Shown one piece after another: positions 56,053-64,000 of a stretch of 64,000 nt of DNA. How positions within the stretch are numbered: position 1 is the stretch's first letter; every line of letters begins with the position of its first letter. The translations under genes and the position numbers were made by a program. Source of the DNA: a virus; IMG/VR virus record IMGVR_UViG_3300043409_002246, positions 11,415 through 75,414 of that record. One strand, given 5' to 3'. The notes beneath the pieces are model-generated. The model saw nothing but the letters and a program-made list of their open reading frames with translations. It had not been told where the DNA came from and made no database searches.

Positions 56053-56114
56053 TTTGTTCTTTCTGTTCGGTGTTTTTCTCTGCAATCCCCGGCGCTTCAG
56101 CGACGGAGAAATTT

Positions 56115-57287
56115 TTATGACTTCAAACGTTCGAGCCAGTAAATCGGCTGGTCGAGCGTCAGGCATCCATCGGCCAAAAGTTTTTCCTTGAACGCTTTCA
56201 TGGCGTCTTTCTTGGCGCCGCGCGGAGCGTTGTCGCTGATGGCTTCGTTCAGCGGCGTCATTGTGATTTTCGTGGCGGAGTCAATCGCGGTCTGCGAGAG
56301 GCCGGCTTCCTTCGCCATTTCTACAACGCGCTTCCAGTTGACCACGTCGGAGTCAACGCGCTTCCGGAAGGTGTAGCCGTCGGGCAACCAAGCATCGTCT
56401 TCGATTACCTTCGCGGTGATCTGCGCGCGGACTGCTTTCCCCCAAGTCTCCATCGTCTGCGCGACCGTCATGGCCAAGCTCGCGTGCATTGGGTTGATAA
56501 TCAGCCCGGGCGTGACGACTTCCGGGACTACAAGCGGTTGATACTTGTGGCCGACTTTGAAAGCGAACTGTGCGACCTTGGTGCAGTCGCCTATCTCCCC
56601 GCAGAACAGGCAGCACGGCGCCATAACTTTGCAGGCGTCGTATGTCCCGCTCGTCTGCGCCTTCAGCGCCTTCGCCACTACGGCAACTACGCGGGAGTAG
56701 AGCGCCGGAAACTCTGACGCCAAAAACATGTGGGAGTCAATCTCGTCGCGATGCGGCATTGCAAAAGTGACCGTGACCTTCTCCAAGGTGGGGATGCGTT
56801 TGACCAGCCCCAAGAGATACGCAATCCCTTGCAGGTTGTTCTCCGCCGGCTCCACGCTCCAAGCGCCAAATTTCCAGTCGTTGATCGTGGCCTCGGTGCG
56901 CGCGGCGTTGATGACTGCCAAGTCGAGGTAGCCGGCGGTCGTGCCCGTGTGGATGACTCCGCGAAACGAAAATTGCACGTCGTCAATCGGGAGATACGCT
57001 TCGGTGATTACCTCGCCCCCGGGGTTGGCCGCGATCAACCGGTCGCGGAGATTCTTGCACATTGCGACCGCCTCGGCTTCGTGGTCGGCGAGCTTCGGAT
57101 CGTCCAAATGCGTTTTGCCCTCGGCGGCGTCGTGTTGCGCGGTGCCGCGCTCGCTAGCGGTGTTGTCGGCGTTCTCCCGGCCCACGTAGTTTGGGCAGAC
57201 TTCGAGGAACTGCAATTTGGAAGGGCTGAAGGGATGGTGCGGTCGCTCCGCCGCCGGGACTTTGGTTTCTGAATCTGTAATGTTCAT
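56115..57287 (-). CDS. Cas4-like PD-(D/E)xK exonuclease (DUF2800-like)
   Basis: SPS....CP, RGT..H, GYLD, DWKFG, Q..AY, C.FC.....C. Confidence 0.8.
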   Translation of the reverse strand: MNITDSETKVPAAERPHHPFSPSKLQFLEVCPNYVGRENADNTASERGTAQHDAAEGKTHLDDPKLADHEAEAVAMCKNLRDRLIAANPGGEVITEAYLPIDDVQFSFRGVIHTGTTAGYLDLAVINAARTEATINDWKFGAWSVEPAENNLQGIAYLLGLVKRIPTLEKVTVTFAMPHRDEIDSHMFLASEFPALYSRVVAVVAKALKAQTSGTYDACKVMAPCCLFCGEIGDCTKVAQFAFKVGHKYQPLVVPEVVTPGLIINPMHASLAMTVAQTMETWGKAVRAQITAKVIEDDAWLPDGYTFRKRVDSDVVNWKRVVEMAKEAGLSQTAIDSATKITMTPLNEAISDNAPRGAKKDAMKAFKEKLLADGCLTLDQPIYWLERLKS

Positions 57288-57295
57288 ATTTGAGT

Positions 57296-58675
57296 TTATC
57301 CTAAGCTGTTCAGAAACTCGCCTTTTGTCAACTGCAAATTGCAGCAGTTCAAATCGGAGTCGGTGATTCCGTCGTTGAAGGCTTCCAAGTTGTTTAACTT
57401 GCGTGAGATGCAACGGTGCTGGCTTTCTTCTCCCGTCACGAAAATAACACGTTGAATGCTCTTCGACTTGCCGCCCGAGCGATGAATTCTTCCGAGCACT
57501 TGGTTGAAAATCTTCGCGCAGTAACCGGATGAAATGAGTGAGGCGACTGAGCGCACCCCGTGAATGTCATGCAAATCAATGCCGACTCCGCCGGCTTCGC
57601 TAATGCACGTAATGGAGTGCTCGAAATTGTCTTGAAAACGTCGGCGGCAGCGTTCACGCATCGTAGCGCCGGACGGTCCAATCTGAGAACCATCTATCCG
57701 GCAATCCGAGCCGAGCCGCGCCAGAATTGCCTCCTGCGTGCATCGGTAATTCACGAACATCGCCACGCTGACGCCCTGCGCCATCAGGTCTTCTGCCACG
57801 CTGACGAACACCGGGACTTTCAGCAACTCGATTTTCTGGCGGACTGCCGCGAGCACGGCCATCGGGTTTCTCCCGTAGCGGTCGGTTTTCTTCTTCAGTT
57901 CGGAGAGCGCCTCGGCCATCTCCGCTTGCAGCGCGATCATCCGCTCCGGGTCGTCAATGTCGTAAAGCTCCGCCGTGGTCTGGTTCTCCGGGAAGGCATC
58001 GCCGAGTTCTGGAATACGCACACGGACGCCGTGGTGGGGGTATAGGAGCGCGTTCAGCTTCGCCATGTCCGCAACTCCCCCTTGGAAGTGAAAGGGCCGG
58101 CTACCCCCGCAGCCGAAGCCGCGCGCCCACGTATAGAATGAGGTCGGAGTCGGGTTGCCGACTGTCGGCGGCATGTCGGAGTCGTGTAAACGCAGCAGGT
58201 ATCCGAGCGCGTCGAGTTCCATCGGGCTATCCGCAAGCGTAGCCGAGAGCACGAGCGTCGGGATTTTCTGCCGGCGCGCGGCCTTGAGCATGAGCGAATT
58301 CTTGGTGCCGCGTCCCCGGCACCGATGGCCTTCATCGAAAATCAGTGCGCCGACTGCGGGGTCCCACTTGAACCACTCCCGGGAATGATACATGTCCGGC
58401 GGTCGCCAGCCGCCGTAGGGCGTGGTTCCCATCCGCAGCATTTCGTAGTTCAGGGTTGAAAGCTCGGTGCCCTGCGCGGCGGCGGTTCGGTTCCAGCCGG
58501 GGATGACGGCCTTTGGGCAAACTACTAAGGTGGGGCGGTTTAGTTTTCGCATGACTTCAACGGCGACGAGCGTTTTCCCGATGCCCGGGTCGGAGCCGTC
58601 AATCGCCGCACCATTCGCCGCAAGAATTGCGGACAATCGCTCAATGGATTTCGCCTGATATTTGTGGGGGGTCAT
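57296..58675 (-). CDS. superfamily 2 (SNF2-like) helicase
   Basis: DPGIGKT, VVCP, DEGH, SAT, GVGIDL, QVLGRIHRSG. Confidence 0.88.
   Translation of the reverse strand: MTPHKYQAKSIERLSAILAANGAAIDGSDPGIGKTLVAVEVMRKLNRPTLVVCPKAVIPGWNRTAAAQGTELSTLNYEMLRMGTTPYGGWRPPDMYHSREWFKWDPAVGALIFDEGHRCRGRGTKNSLMLKAARRQKIPTLVLSATLADSPMELDALGYLLRLHDSDMPPTVGNPTPTSFYTWARGFGCGGSRPFHFQGGVADMAKLNALLYPHHGVRVRIPELGDAFPENQTTAELYDIDDPERMIALQAEMAEALSELKKKTDRYGRNPMAVLAAVRQKIELLKVPVFVSVAEDLMAQGVSVAMFVNYRCTQEAILARLGSDCRIDGSQIGPSGATMRERCRRRFQDNFEHSITCISEAGGVGIDLHDIHGVRSVASLISSGYCAKIFNQVLGRIHRSGGKSKSIQRVIFVTGEESQHRCISRKLNNLEAFNDGITDSDLNCCNLQLTKGEFLNSLG
57303..57331 (-). promoter_or_regulatory. class A-like promoter TTGACA-N17-CAGCTT
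   Basis: In the helicase 3' end, ahead of the Cas4-like gene. Confidence 0.6.
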
Positions 58676-58848
58676 TTCGGGTCGGCCTTATACAGCATTT
58701 TCAAAACAAACTTGAGGACGGCGTCCTCGCTCAATTCAGCGCAGCCGGCTTGAACCAGTTCGTTCGCGGGAGTGAACCATCCTAGCTGGCCGCAGTGAAT
58801 TCGCGACTTGACTTCAAGTAGCTCGGCAAGTTTGTCAATGCCTTTCAT
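58672..58848 (-). CDS. 58-aa protein missed by the ORF track (MKGIDKLAELL...YKADPK)
   Basis: Translated by hand; ATGA overlaps at both ends. Confidence 0.65.
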   Translation of the reverse strand: MKGIDKLAELLEVKSRIHCGQLGWFTPANELVQAGCAELSEDAVLKFVLKMLYKADPK

Positions 58849-59486
58849 GCTTTCTTGGTGTTCGCCGCGAGTAGCCGGGAAGCCGGCCCGGGGGACCCCC
58901 GGTCGTCAATCACCATGTCACAGGCGACGGCGTCGAGAACAATACCACAACAGGCCGCAGCGTGCGCCAGATGGGGGCAGCCGCTCTCCGGGTCAAGGTC
59001 CTCTCCATCCGCCGCCTGCGCGAGATGGCGCAGCGCAGCGGCCAAGTAGATGCTGTATTTGACCTTGTGTTGCCGCCAATTCATTTTTCCATACTTGCGC
59101 GCCCCAAGGGCCATGACCCCGGCGACGTGGATCGTGAGCGCGGACGGCACAAGGTCAAGCGGCGGCTTCATCGCGCCGACAAGGTCCTTTGGGTTCGGGC
59201 TATCCGTCTTCGCCTTCAGGTTGTCGTCGGTGACTGCGCTACTCGCGAATTTTTCCCCGTTGATTTCGGCGAGTAATTCCGCCCGCACTCCGGCAAGCGA
59301 CGGGTCCGCCGGGGTGTCGCAGGGGTCGTCCGTGACAATCTCGGCTTCAATCAGGTCCTTGTGATATTGCGCCGCCCCGCAACAATCGGGGTTCGAGTCG
59401 TGGTCGTGCGTGCGGGCAGCAGCCGCCCGGGCTTCTTTTTCGGCGCGGTGTCGGTTCGTCTGTTCGTCGGCGGTCATTATTATCAT
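58845..59486 (-). CDS. dATP/dGTP diphosphohydrolase (DUF5664-like)
   Basis: NPKD..G..KP.L.LVP, GARKYG..NWR, RHL, GED.DPESG.PHLAHA. Confidence 0.8.
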   Translation of the reverse strand: MIIMTADEQTNRHRAEKEARAAAARTHDHDSNPDCCGAAQYHKDLIEAEIVTDDPCDTPADPSLAGVRAELLAEINGEKFASSAVTDDNLKAKTDSPNPKDLVGAMKPPLDLVPSALTIHVAGVMALGARKYGKMNWRQHKVKYSIYLAAALRHLAQAADGEDLDPESGCPHLAHAAACCGIVLDAVACDMVIDDRGSPGPASRLLAANTKKA

Positions 59487-59791
59487 AGGCTTATGGTCGG
59501 GGCGGTTGGGGTGGGGAGTTGTGGAAAAACGATGCCGCGCGGAACGGTGCCGCACAGCGCCGGCATCCAGCTTTCGCCGGCTTGGATCGAGGCAAGGAGG
59601 ACGGCTTCGACAGACTCGTCCCACTGATACGCGCTGCATACCGTGCAAACATCGGCTTTGCCGACTGGCACTTCAAGGTGCGCGATTGAACGGCAGCAGG
59701 TGCAAACTTTATACTTGCCGAGGTCGGCGCGGATGCCGTCCGCGACCGCGCGGCGTTGCTCAAGGCAGAAGTTGATTTGGTCGGCGTTCAT
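59483..59791 (-). CDS. small zinc-finger protein
   Basis: CxxC..CxxC; overlapping start and stop codons. Confidence 0.55.
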   Translation of the reverse strand: MNADQINFCLEQRRAVADGIRADLGKYKVCTCCRSIAHLEVPVGKADVCTVCSAYQWDESVEAVLLASIQAGESWMPALCGTVPRGIVFPQLPTPTAPTISL

Positions 59792-60186
59792 TGGGCGTTG
59801 TGTTCGGCGTGACATTCCGGGGAGTGTTTCAGGCCGTCGGTGCATCCGCAGTTGGGCCCCTTGCACGGCGGGGTTTCAATCGGCGCCATCAGCGGAGAGT
59901 TTCGGTAGGCGGCGACGAGATCGCGGATAAGCTCCTGCCCCGTGGACATAAATTTTCGATCCCACATATCAAACGTGACGGAGCGCGCGGTCAGCCGGCG
60001 CGTCGGTTCGCCCTTGATCCGTATCAGGGTGACGATGAATTCGAGGTAGAGCCCGTAGTGGAGATAGGTTTCGACGACGTGAACGTCCTTAACCGGGACA
60101 CCCGCTTTGACTAGGGCTTCCTCCATTCCCTTAAGAATGGTGGTGATAACTGACGAGCTAACTCCGTGGATTTTCGGTGTGAACAT
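59788..60186 (-). CDS. hypothetical protein
   Basis: ORF in the operon; Cys/His-rich tail. Confidence 0.55.
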   Translation of the reverse strand: MFTPKIHGVSSSVITTILKGMEEALVKAGVPVKDVHVVETYLHYGLYLEFIVTLIRIKGEPTRRLTARSVTFDMWDRKFMSTGQELIRDLVAAYRNSPLMAPIETPPCKGPNCGCTDGLKHSPECHAEHNAQ

Positions 60187-60548
60187 TATATGGTCTTTCC
60201 CGTTCGGACGTTGTTGACGTGGCGGTGCATCTGGCGCGCGAGCCAGAGGTTGAACGCAGCGACGAGTCGCGCCTGCCCTTCCCCGGTGAGAAAAACGTTT
60301 CCCTCGTCGGGGTCAATCATCTGGCCGTTCGTGGTGTTGCAGGTTGCATCCTTGAGCCGGCGAATCTCAGTCTCCGCGATGGCTTCAATGGTGTTGATGG
60401 CGTCCTCGCTGACGCGAGTGAATTTGCTAGCGCGGCTTCCCTCGCTGATTTTCAGGAAGTGGCGTTTGATGGCGGCGCGGTTGAAGCGGCCCCTTGAAAA
60501 GTTCACGGGCGCTTCGACTGCCGGCGGCGTTGAAGTTAATTCATTCAT
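60186..60548 (-). CDS. hypothetical protein
   Basis: Leaderless from a class B promoter. Confidence 0.65.
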   Translation of the reverse strand: MNELTSTPPAVEAPVNFSRGRFNRAAIKRHFLKISEGSRASKFTRVSEDAINTIEAIAETEIRRLKDATCNTTNGQMIDPDEGNVFLTGEGQARLVAAFNLWLARQMHRHVNNVRTGKTI

Positions 60549-61194
60549 GCAGCCAATTTACACGGATGCCGTTTTTTGTCAAGCGAGCAAATTCGGCAAG
60601 GAAGTTTTTCTCCGCCTGCCGGTGCGCCCACCAGCCAGAGCGAATGGGCTCCGGGTCCGGCTCCAAAGCTTCAAGGGTCGGATGCCACTTGTGCCCGGTG
60701 ACTTTCATCAGGTCCCGGCGCTCAGTGACCAGTGCCAAGCGATCTGCGACTTTCACTTCCTCCGGGAGTTCGTTCGGCAACCGGAACTTGTCCGCGATGA
60801 CCGCCCATAGATTCGCCTCGGCCCTCTGGTATTCGAGCATGTCGCCCTTTAGCGGCTTCACCATGTCGCCGAGATACGCCTCGGCGGCGTCGTGCAGCAG
60901 ACCGATCAGCGGATACTTCGGGCAGTGGCGGCTAACCCAAACCGAATGCTGTGCGACCGAGTAGGGTCGCTCAGTGTGTCCGCCGAAGCGGCTCGTGTTC
61001 GCCAGCGCGTGCGCGATGTCGCGGATGTCAACGTCTTCCTCGCGAGCGTCGAGCACCCAAAACTTTTTGCCGGTGAAGGTTTGAATCCAGTCGCCGAAGC
61101 GCGGCCTCGGCTCGCTGGAAAATTTCGTGAAGTTCGGTGTCATAACTGTGTGCGTTGCGGTGTCCCAAGCGGGGTTGTGTTTCCACCCTTTCAT
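60541..61194 (-). CDS. HD-domain deoxynucleotide phosphohydrolase (YfbR/YfdR-like)
   Basis: DIAHALA...RF.GH, YSVAQHS, LLHDAAEAY.GD, AD...L..E. Confidence 0.85.
   Translation of the reverse strand: MKGWKHNPAWDTATHTVMTPNFTKFSSEPRPRFGDWIQTFTGKKFWVLDAREEDVDIRDIAHALANTSRFGGHTERPYSVAQHSVWVSRHCPKYPLIGLLHDAAEAYLGDMVKPLKGDMLEYQRAEANLWAVIADKFRLPNELPEEVKVADRLALVTERRDLMKVTGHKWHPTLEALEPDPEPIRSGWWAHRQAEKNFLAEFARLTKNGIRVNWLHE
60555..60582 (-). promoter_or_regulatory. class B promoter TTGACA-N11-CCGTG-TAAATT
   Basis: 16-nt spacer; 6 nt to ATG 60548. Confidence 0.7.
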
Positions 61195-61526
61195 CGTCCG
61201 ACTCCTACGTGACTCAGCACGTCAACTTTGAAAACGCGCATTCCGTTGTATTCAAAAAGCGCGTTCGTCTTCGGCAGTCTTCCCGGGCCATCGGCGATGG
61301 TGAAGTTTGCAATTCGCTCGGCGTGGTCGCGGAGTTCTTTGTGCTCGAACACCCCGAGGTAGAGCGCCGTCGGCTTGCGCCCGTTGAATCCCCAAAAATC
61401 CAGCGCCGCGCCGTTGATGCGATCCGCCAGCGTTAGCGCCGGGAACTCGTTGACTATCGGAGGCGGTTTGGTTGCGGGTGCCGCCGGCTCCGGCGGTTCG
61501 GTCCAGTTGGTGTTTGAGTCGCTCAT
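61191..61526 (-). CDS. hypothetical protein
   Basis: ORF overlapping its neighbours. Confidence 0.6.
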   Translation of the reverse strand: MSDSNTNWTEPPEPAAPATKPPPIVNEFPALTLADRINGAALDFWGFNGRKPTALYLGVFEHKELRDHAERIANFTIADGPGRLPKTNALFEYNGMRVFKVDVLSHVGVGR

Positions 61527-61831
61527 ACTTTTGCGGTGACAAGTGCGTCAACGAGCTTGGTGCGTTCTTCCCGGGTCAACACGAAGGAACTCCACGAGTG
61601 CCCGTTGTAGGTGATGCCGACTCGGACTTCTCCCGCTTCGGCGGGATGGCGGTTCGGCGTAATCTCGATCTGGAAGTCGCGCCGTCGGGCCAGCAGTGCC
61701 TCGTCGGCGGGGCTCGCAGTCGTCTCAAGCGTCGTCGCGCGCTCCATCGCTTGCTGCTCAAGGATGGCCATTGTCTCGGCAGCGGCCAAGCTGTTCTCGT
61801 GGTCTTCCCACGTCTCGGTATGCGTGCTCAT
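61523..61831 (-). CDS. hypothetical protein
   Basis: ORF overlapping its neighbours. Confidence 0.6.
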   Translation of the reverse strand: MSTHTETWEDHENSLAAAETMAILEQQAMERATTLETTASPADEALLARRRDFQIEITPNRHPAEAGEVRVGITYNGHSWSSFVLTREERTKLVDALVTAKV

Positions 61832-62073
61832 ATCGTTTTCGCGGCGGACGGCGTGATGATGACGTTGCCTTCGAGCCAGTCCATCGGCGGGTCGCCGAGG
61901 AAGGTCGCCCGGCCCTCTTCCTGAAGTGCGATGATTTGCGGACAGCTTTGTCCGGCGTTGTCCGGCCCGAGGATGGCGTCGCGGGTGACGTCCAGCCGCT
62001 CGACATGCGAGTTGCAGACGGTGATTTTCGCGGGCGCGTTGCCCTCGCCGTGTTCGATCAGCAGGTAGTTCAT
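61828..62073 (-). CDS. hypothetical protein
   Basis: ORF overlapping its neighbours. Confidence 0.6.
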   Translation of the reverse strand: MNYLLIEHGEGNAPAKITVCNSHVERLDVTRDAILGPDNAGQSCPQIIALQEEGRATFLGDPPMDWLEGNVIITPSAAKTI

Positions 62074-63356
62074 TACTTGGTCAGCTTTCCGTCAGCGACA
62101 ACAAAGACGCCGACATTCTCCGGCACCGTCGTCGGTCGTTCGCCGACAATCGTGGCCAGAATTGTTTTGTTCTCCGCCTTCGCCCGGTCCACGTAGTCAA
62201 AAATGGACCTGCCCAAACTTTCGCCCCGGTCGAGCAACTCGATGCCGAAGCCTTCCGGATAGAGCGACGACAGCTTGCTCGACAACTCCATCAACTGTGA
62301 CGTGCTCAACATCGCCGCCGTGGTGTTCTCGAACGAGAACTGGCCGTCGTCGTCGAACCTGAGCCCGGGGATTTTGATGCCTTCGTTGACCGTGGCGAGT
62401 TTCTTGAGCCGGGCTTCGCGCAGGTTGCGCTCCTCGGCTTCAATCAGGGACAAGTCCACGCTCTCCGACTTGCGGGTCTGTTCGCGCTTCAGGGACTTCT
62501 CGTAAAACTCGGCGCGGACGTTCTGCGCGGCGGCTTCGGAGATTGCCTTTTCAAGTCCGCTCGTGTCGAGCAGTTCCGGTTCGGCCTTGTCGGTGCGCGG
62601 TGGGTTCTTCGCGAGCCAGTCGTCGTAAAGCGCCAGCCGCTCCTTGGCCTGTCTCATTTCCTCGGTCATGCGGACGATTGCACTCAAGCAAAACTCCCGG
62701 CTTTGAATTTCCGCGTTTACCCGGGTGTTGTGTGTCTCGATGTTTTTGTTGAACGCTTCGGCCTCCGCCGCTTCGATCTGGTTCTTGGTCTTGAACGTCG
62801 CCAGTTCAGCTTGCAACGTCGCGACGTTTACGCGCTTCTGTTCCGTCAAGTCGAGGTCGCCGTAGCCTGAGAGCTTCGCCCGCACTTCGCGCGCCGTGTT
62901 TTCGAGCTTCACGAGGGCGGCGTCAATTCCGGCGGTGCCGGCGTCGAACAGGTCCACGAAAAACTTTTTGCGTTCGAGGTCGTTCATCCGGACGATGTGG
63001 TCTTGATCGAGCAGGAAGGGGTTCAGGAACGACTTCAGCGCGTCCACGGGCTTCGCTACCCGTTTGCCGGCGATGACGTATTCTAGGGGCCTTGCGCGCA
63101 CGTCGCCGGTGTCTGAGCGATAGAAGGTCCGCTCAATGTAGCCGTCGGCGAAGTCGAGGCGAATCTTGCCCTCGGCCTGCCCATGCTTCAGGAGGTCCGC
63201 CGGGAAGGCGCCGCCGAAGGCGTAGCGGATGGCGTTCAGAATGGTCGTCTTGCCTTGCTTGATCTGCCCGTAGAACAGGATCAGCGGCGACTCGGTGGGG
63301 ATGACTTCGTTTTCGATCATCCCAATGTTGGTGATGGTGAGTTTTTGAATTTTCAT
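62073..63356 (-). CDS. SMC/Rad50-like ABC ATPase with coiled coil
   Basis: MKIQKL.I.N, GQIKQGKTT, LSTSQ signature, LLDRGE. Confidence 0.8.
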   Translation of the reverse strand: MKIQKLTITNIGMIENEVIPTESPLILFYGQIKQGKTTILNAIRYAFGGAFPADLLKHGQAEGKIRLDFADGYIERTFYRSDTGDVRARPLEYVIAGKRVAKPVDALKSFLNPFLLDQDHIVRMNDLERKKFFVDLFDAGTAGIDAALVKLENTAREVRAKLSGYGDLDLTEQKRVNVATLQAELATFKTKNQIEAAEAEAFNKNIETHNTRVNAEIQSREFCLSAIVRMTEEMRQAKERLALYDDWLAKNPPRTDKAEPELLDTSGLEKAISEAAAQNVRAEFYEKSLKREQTRKSESVDLSLIEAEERNLREARLKKLATVNEGIKIPGLRFDDDGQFSFENTTAAMLSTSQLMELSSKLSSLYPEGFGIELLDRGESLGRSIFDYVDRAKAENKTILATIVGERPTTVPENVGVFVVADGKLTK

Positions 63357-64000
63357 AGGGTTGCGGATTTCGGACTTTCGTCGTTTTTGATGGTTTTCTT
63401 GAAAAGCGTTCCGCTTGCGTCGTGGCGGATGACGATGCCCTCCGGGTCGTCGAAGCCGGGCGCTGCAAGGCTCCCACTGAGGGCCAACAGACCTAGGGTT
63501 CGCCAGCACTCCGAGGTATCGAACGGCCCCCGGTAGAGCACGGGCACGAGGCCCACGCAATCCGGCAGAACTTCCTGAACCTTGACCGGGTCCTTCGGGT
63601 TAGCGTTGGGGATGACCGCCGGGACGCAGTCGCGCAGGCACCAGCGCGTCACGTTGAACATGCTGAAACGCTTTTCCTTGAGCCCGTAATTGCGCTGGAT
63701 GCCGAGGCCCCACCATTCGCCGAAGTGCCGGCCTTCCCCGAGCGCCGCCAGCGCCTCCGCGTTATCGGCAACCCACTTGGCGAAGCCGAAATTGTCGTCC
63801 GACTTCCCGGTCCCGAGCCAGCGGTTGCGCGAGCCGGCGAGAAAAGCGAATCCGCCGGCCACGGCCACGAAGGGCTCGACAAGGTGTCCGGCCTTCTGTG
63901 CGTCGCTGGCCGGAACAATCGCGATCTGCGCGTTCGTGCCGTCGAGCTTCTCGGTGATGACGCAACCGCGCGACAGGCGCGCGATCTTCGAGAAGGGTTG
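63353..64000 (-). CDS. RNA ligase (Rnl2-like), 5'-truncated by the window edge
   Basis: The frame extends to the window end: ITEKLDGTNA (motif I), SRNR, FGEWWG.GIQ, PEGIVIR, FK. Confidence 0.85.
   Translation of the reverse strand, partial: QPFSKIARLSRGCVITEKLDGTNAQIAIVPASDAQKAGHLVEPFVAVAGGFAFLAGSRNRWLGTGKSDDNFGFAKWVADNAEALAALGEGRHFGEWWGLGIQRNYGLKEKRFSMFNVTRWCLRDCVPAVIPNANPKDPVKVQEVLPDCVGLVPVLYRGPFDTSECWRTLGLLALSGSLAAPGFDDPEGIVIRHDASGTLFKKTIKNDESPKSATL

Noticed and set aside
56115-57287. Cas4-like gene as part of a CRISPR system
   Set aside because: No array or other cas genes; this family is common in phage replication modules.
58845-61194. Complete Z-genome pathway
   Set aside because: No PurZ (adenylosuccinate synthetase-like) gene was seen in the window.

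Overview
The window holds most of one temperate, podovirus-like dsDNA phage genome, with no flanking host genes. The + arm (1-44.6 kb) carries a glycan-modification cluster around the terminase (3 GT25-like, 1 GT-A-like and 2 Stealth-like genes). It then runs through portal, scaffold, capsid, lysis, tail/fibre and ejection genes, ending in a ~3300-aa polyvalent protein. The - arm (64-44.9 kb) carries RNA ligase, SMC-like ATPase, nucleotide hydrolases, helicase, Cas4-like nuclease, a putative SSB, sulfotransferase, PolA, primase-helicase, a sigma factor, RuvC-like resolvase, a phosphoesterase and a tyrosine integrase. The two arms converge on a probable intact attP. The host may be Verrucomicrobiota (inference from the integrase C-terminal motif and scarce Shine-Dalgarno sites). 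Most striking features: (1) the giant protein has an HExxH peptidase domain followed by nine cargo modules, each introduced by the same [FY]-M-A-[ED]-K motif, which suggests a self-processed, cassette-built injected polyprotein; the cargo includes radical SAM, ADP-ribosyltransferase-like, two GNATs and a glycosylase-like domain. (2) A 123-nt CCA-ended tRNA-like RNA has no canonical anticodon arm. (3) Two classes of TTGACA-N17 promoters occur in 16 copies, many leaderless, alongside a phage sigma factor. (4) A strong-SD Met-Arg-stop minigene sits beside attP. All product calls come from motif recognition by eye; no database search was run.
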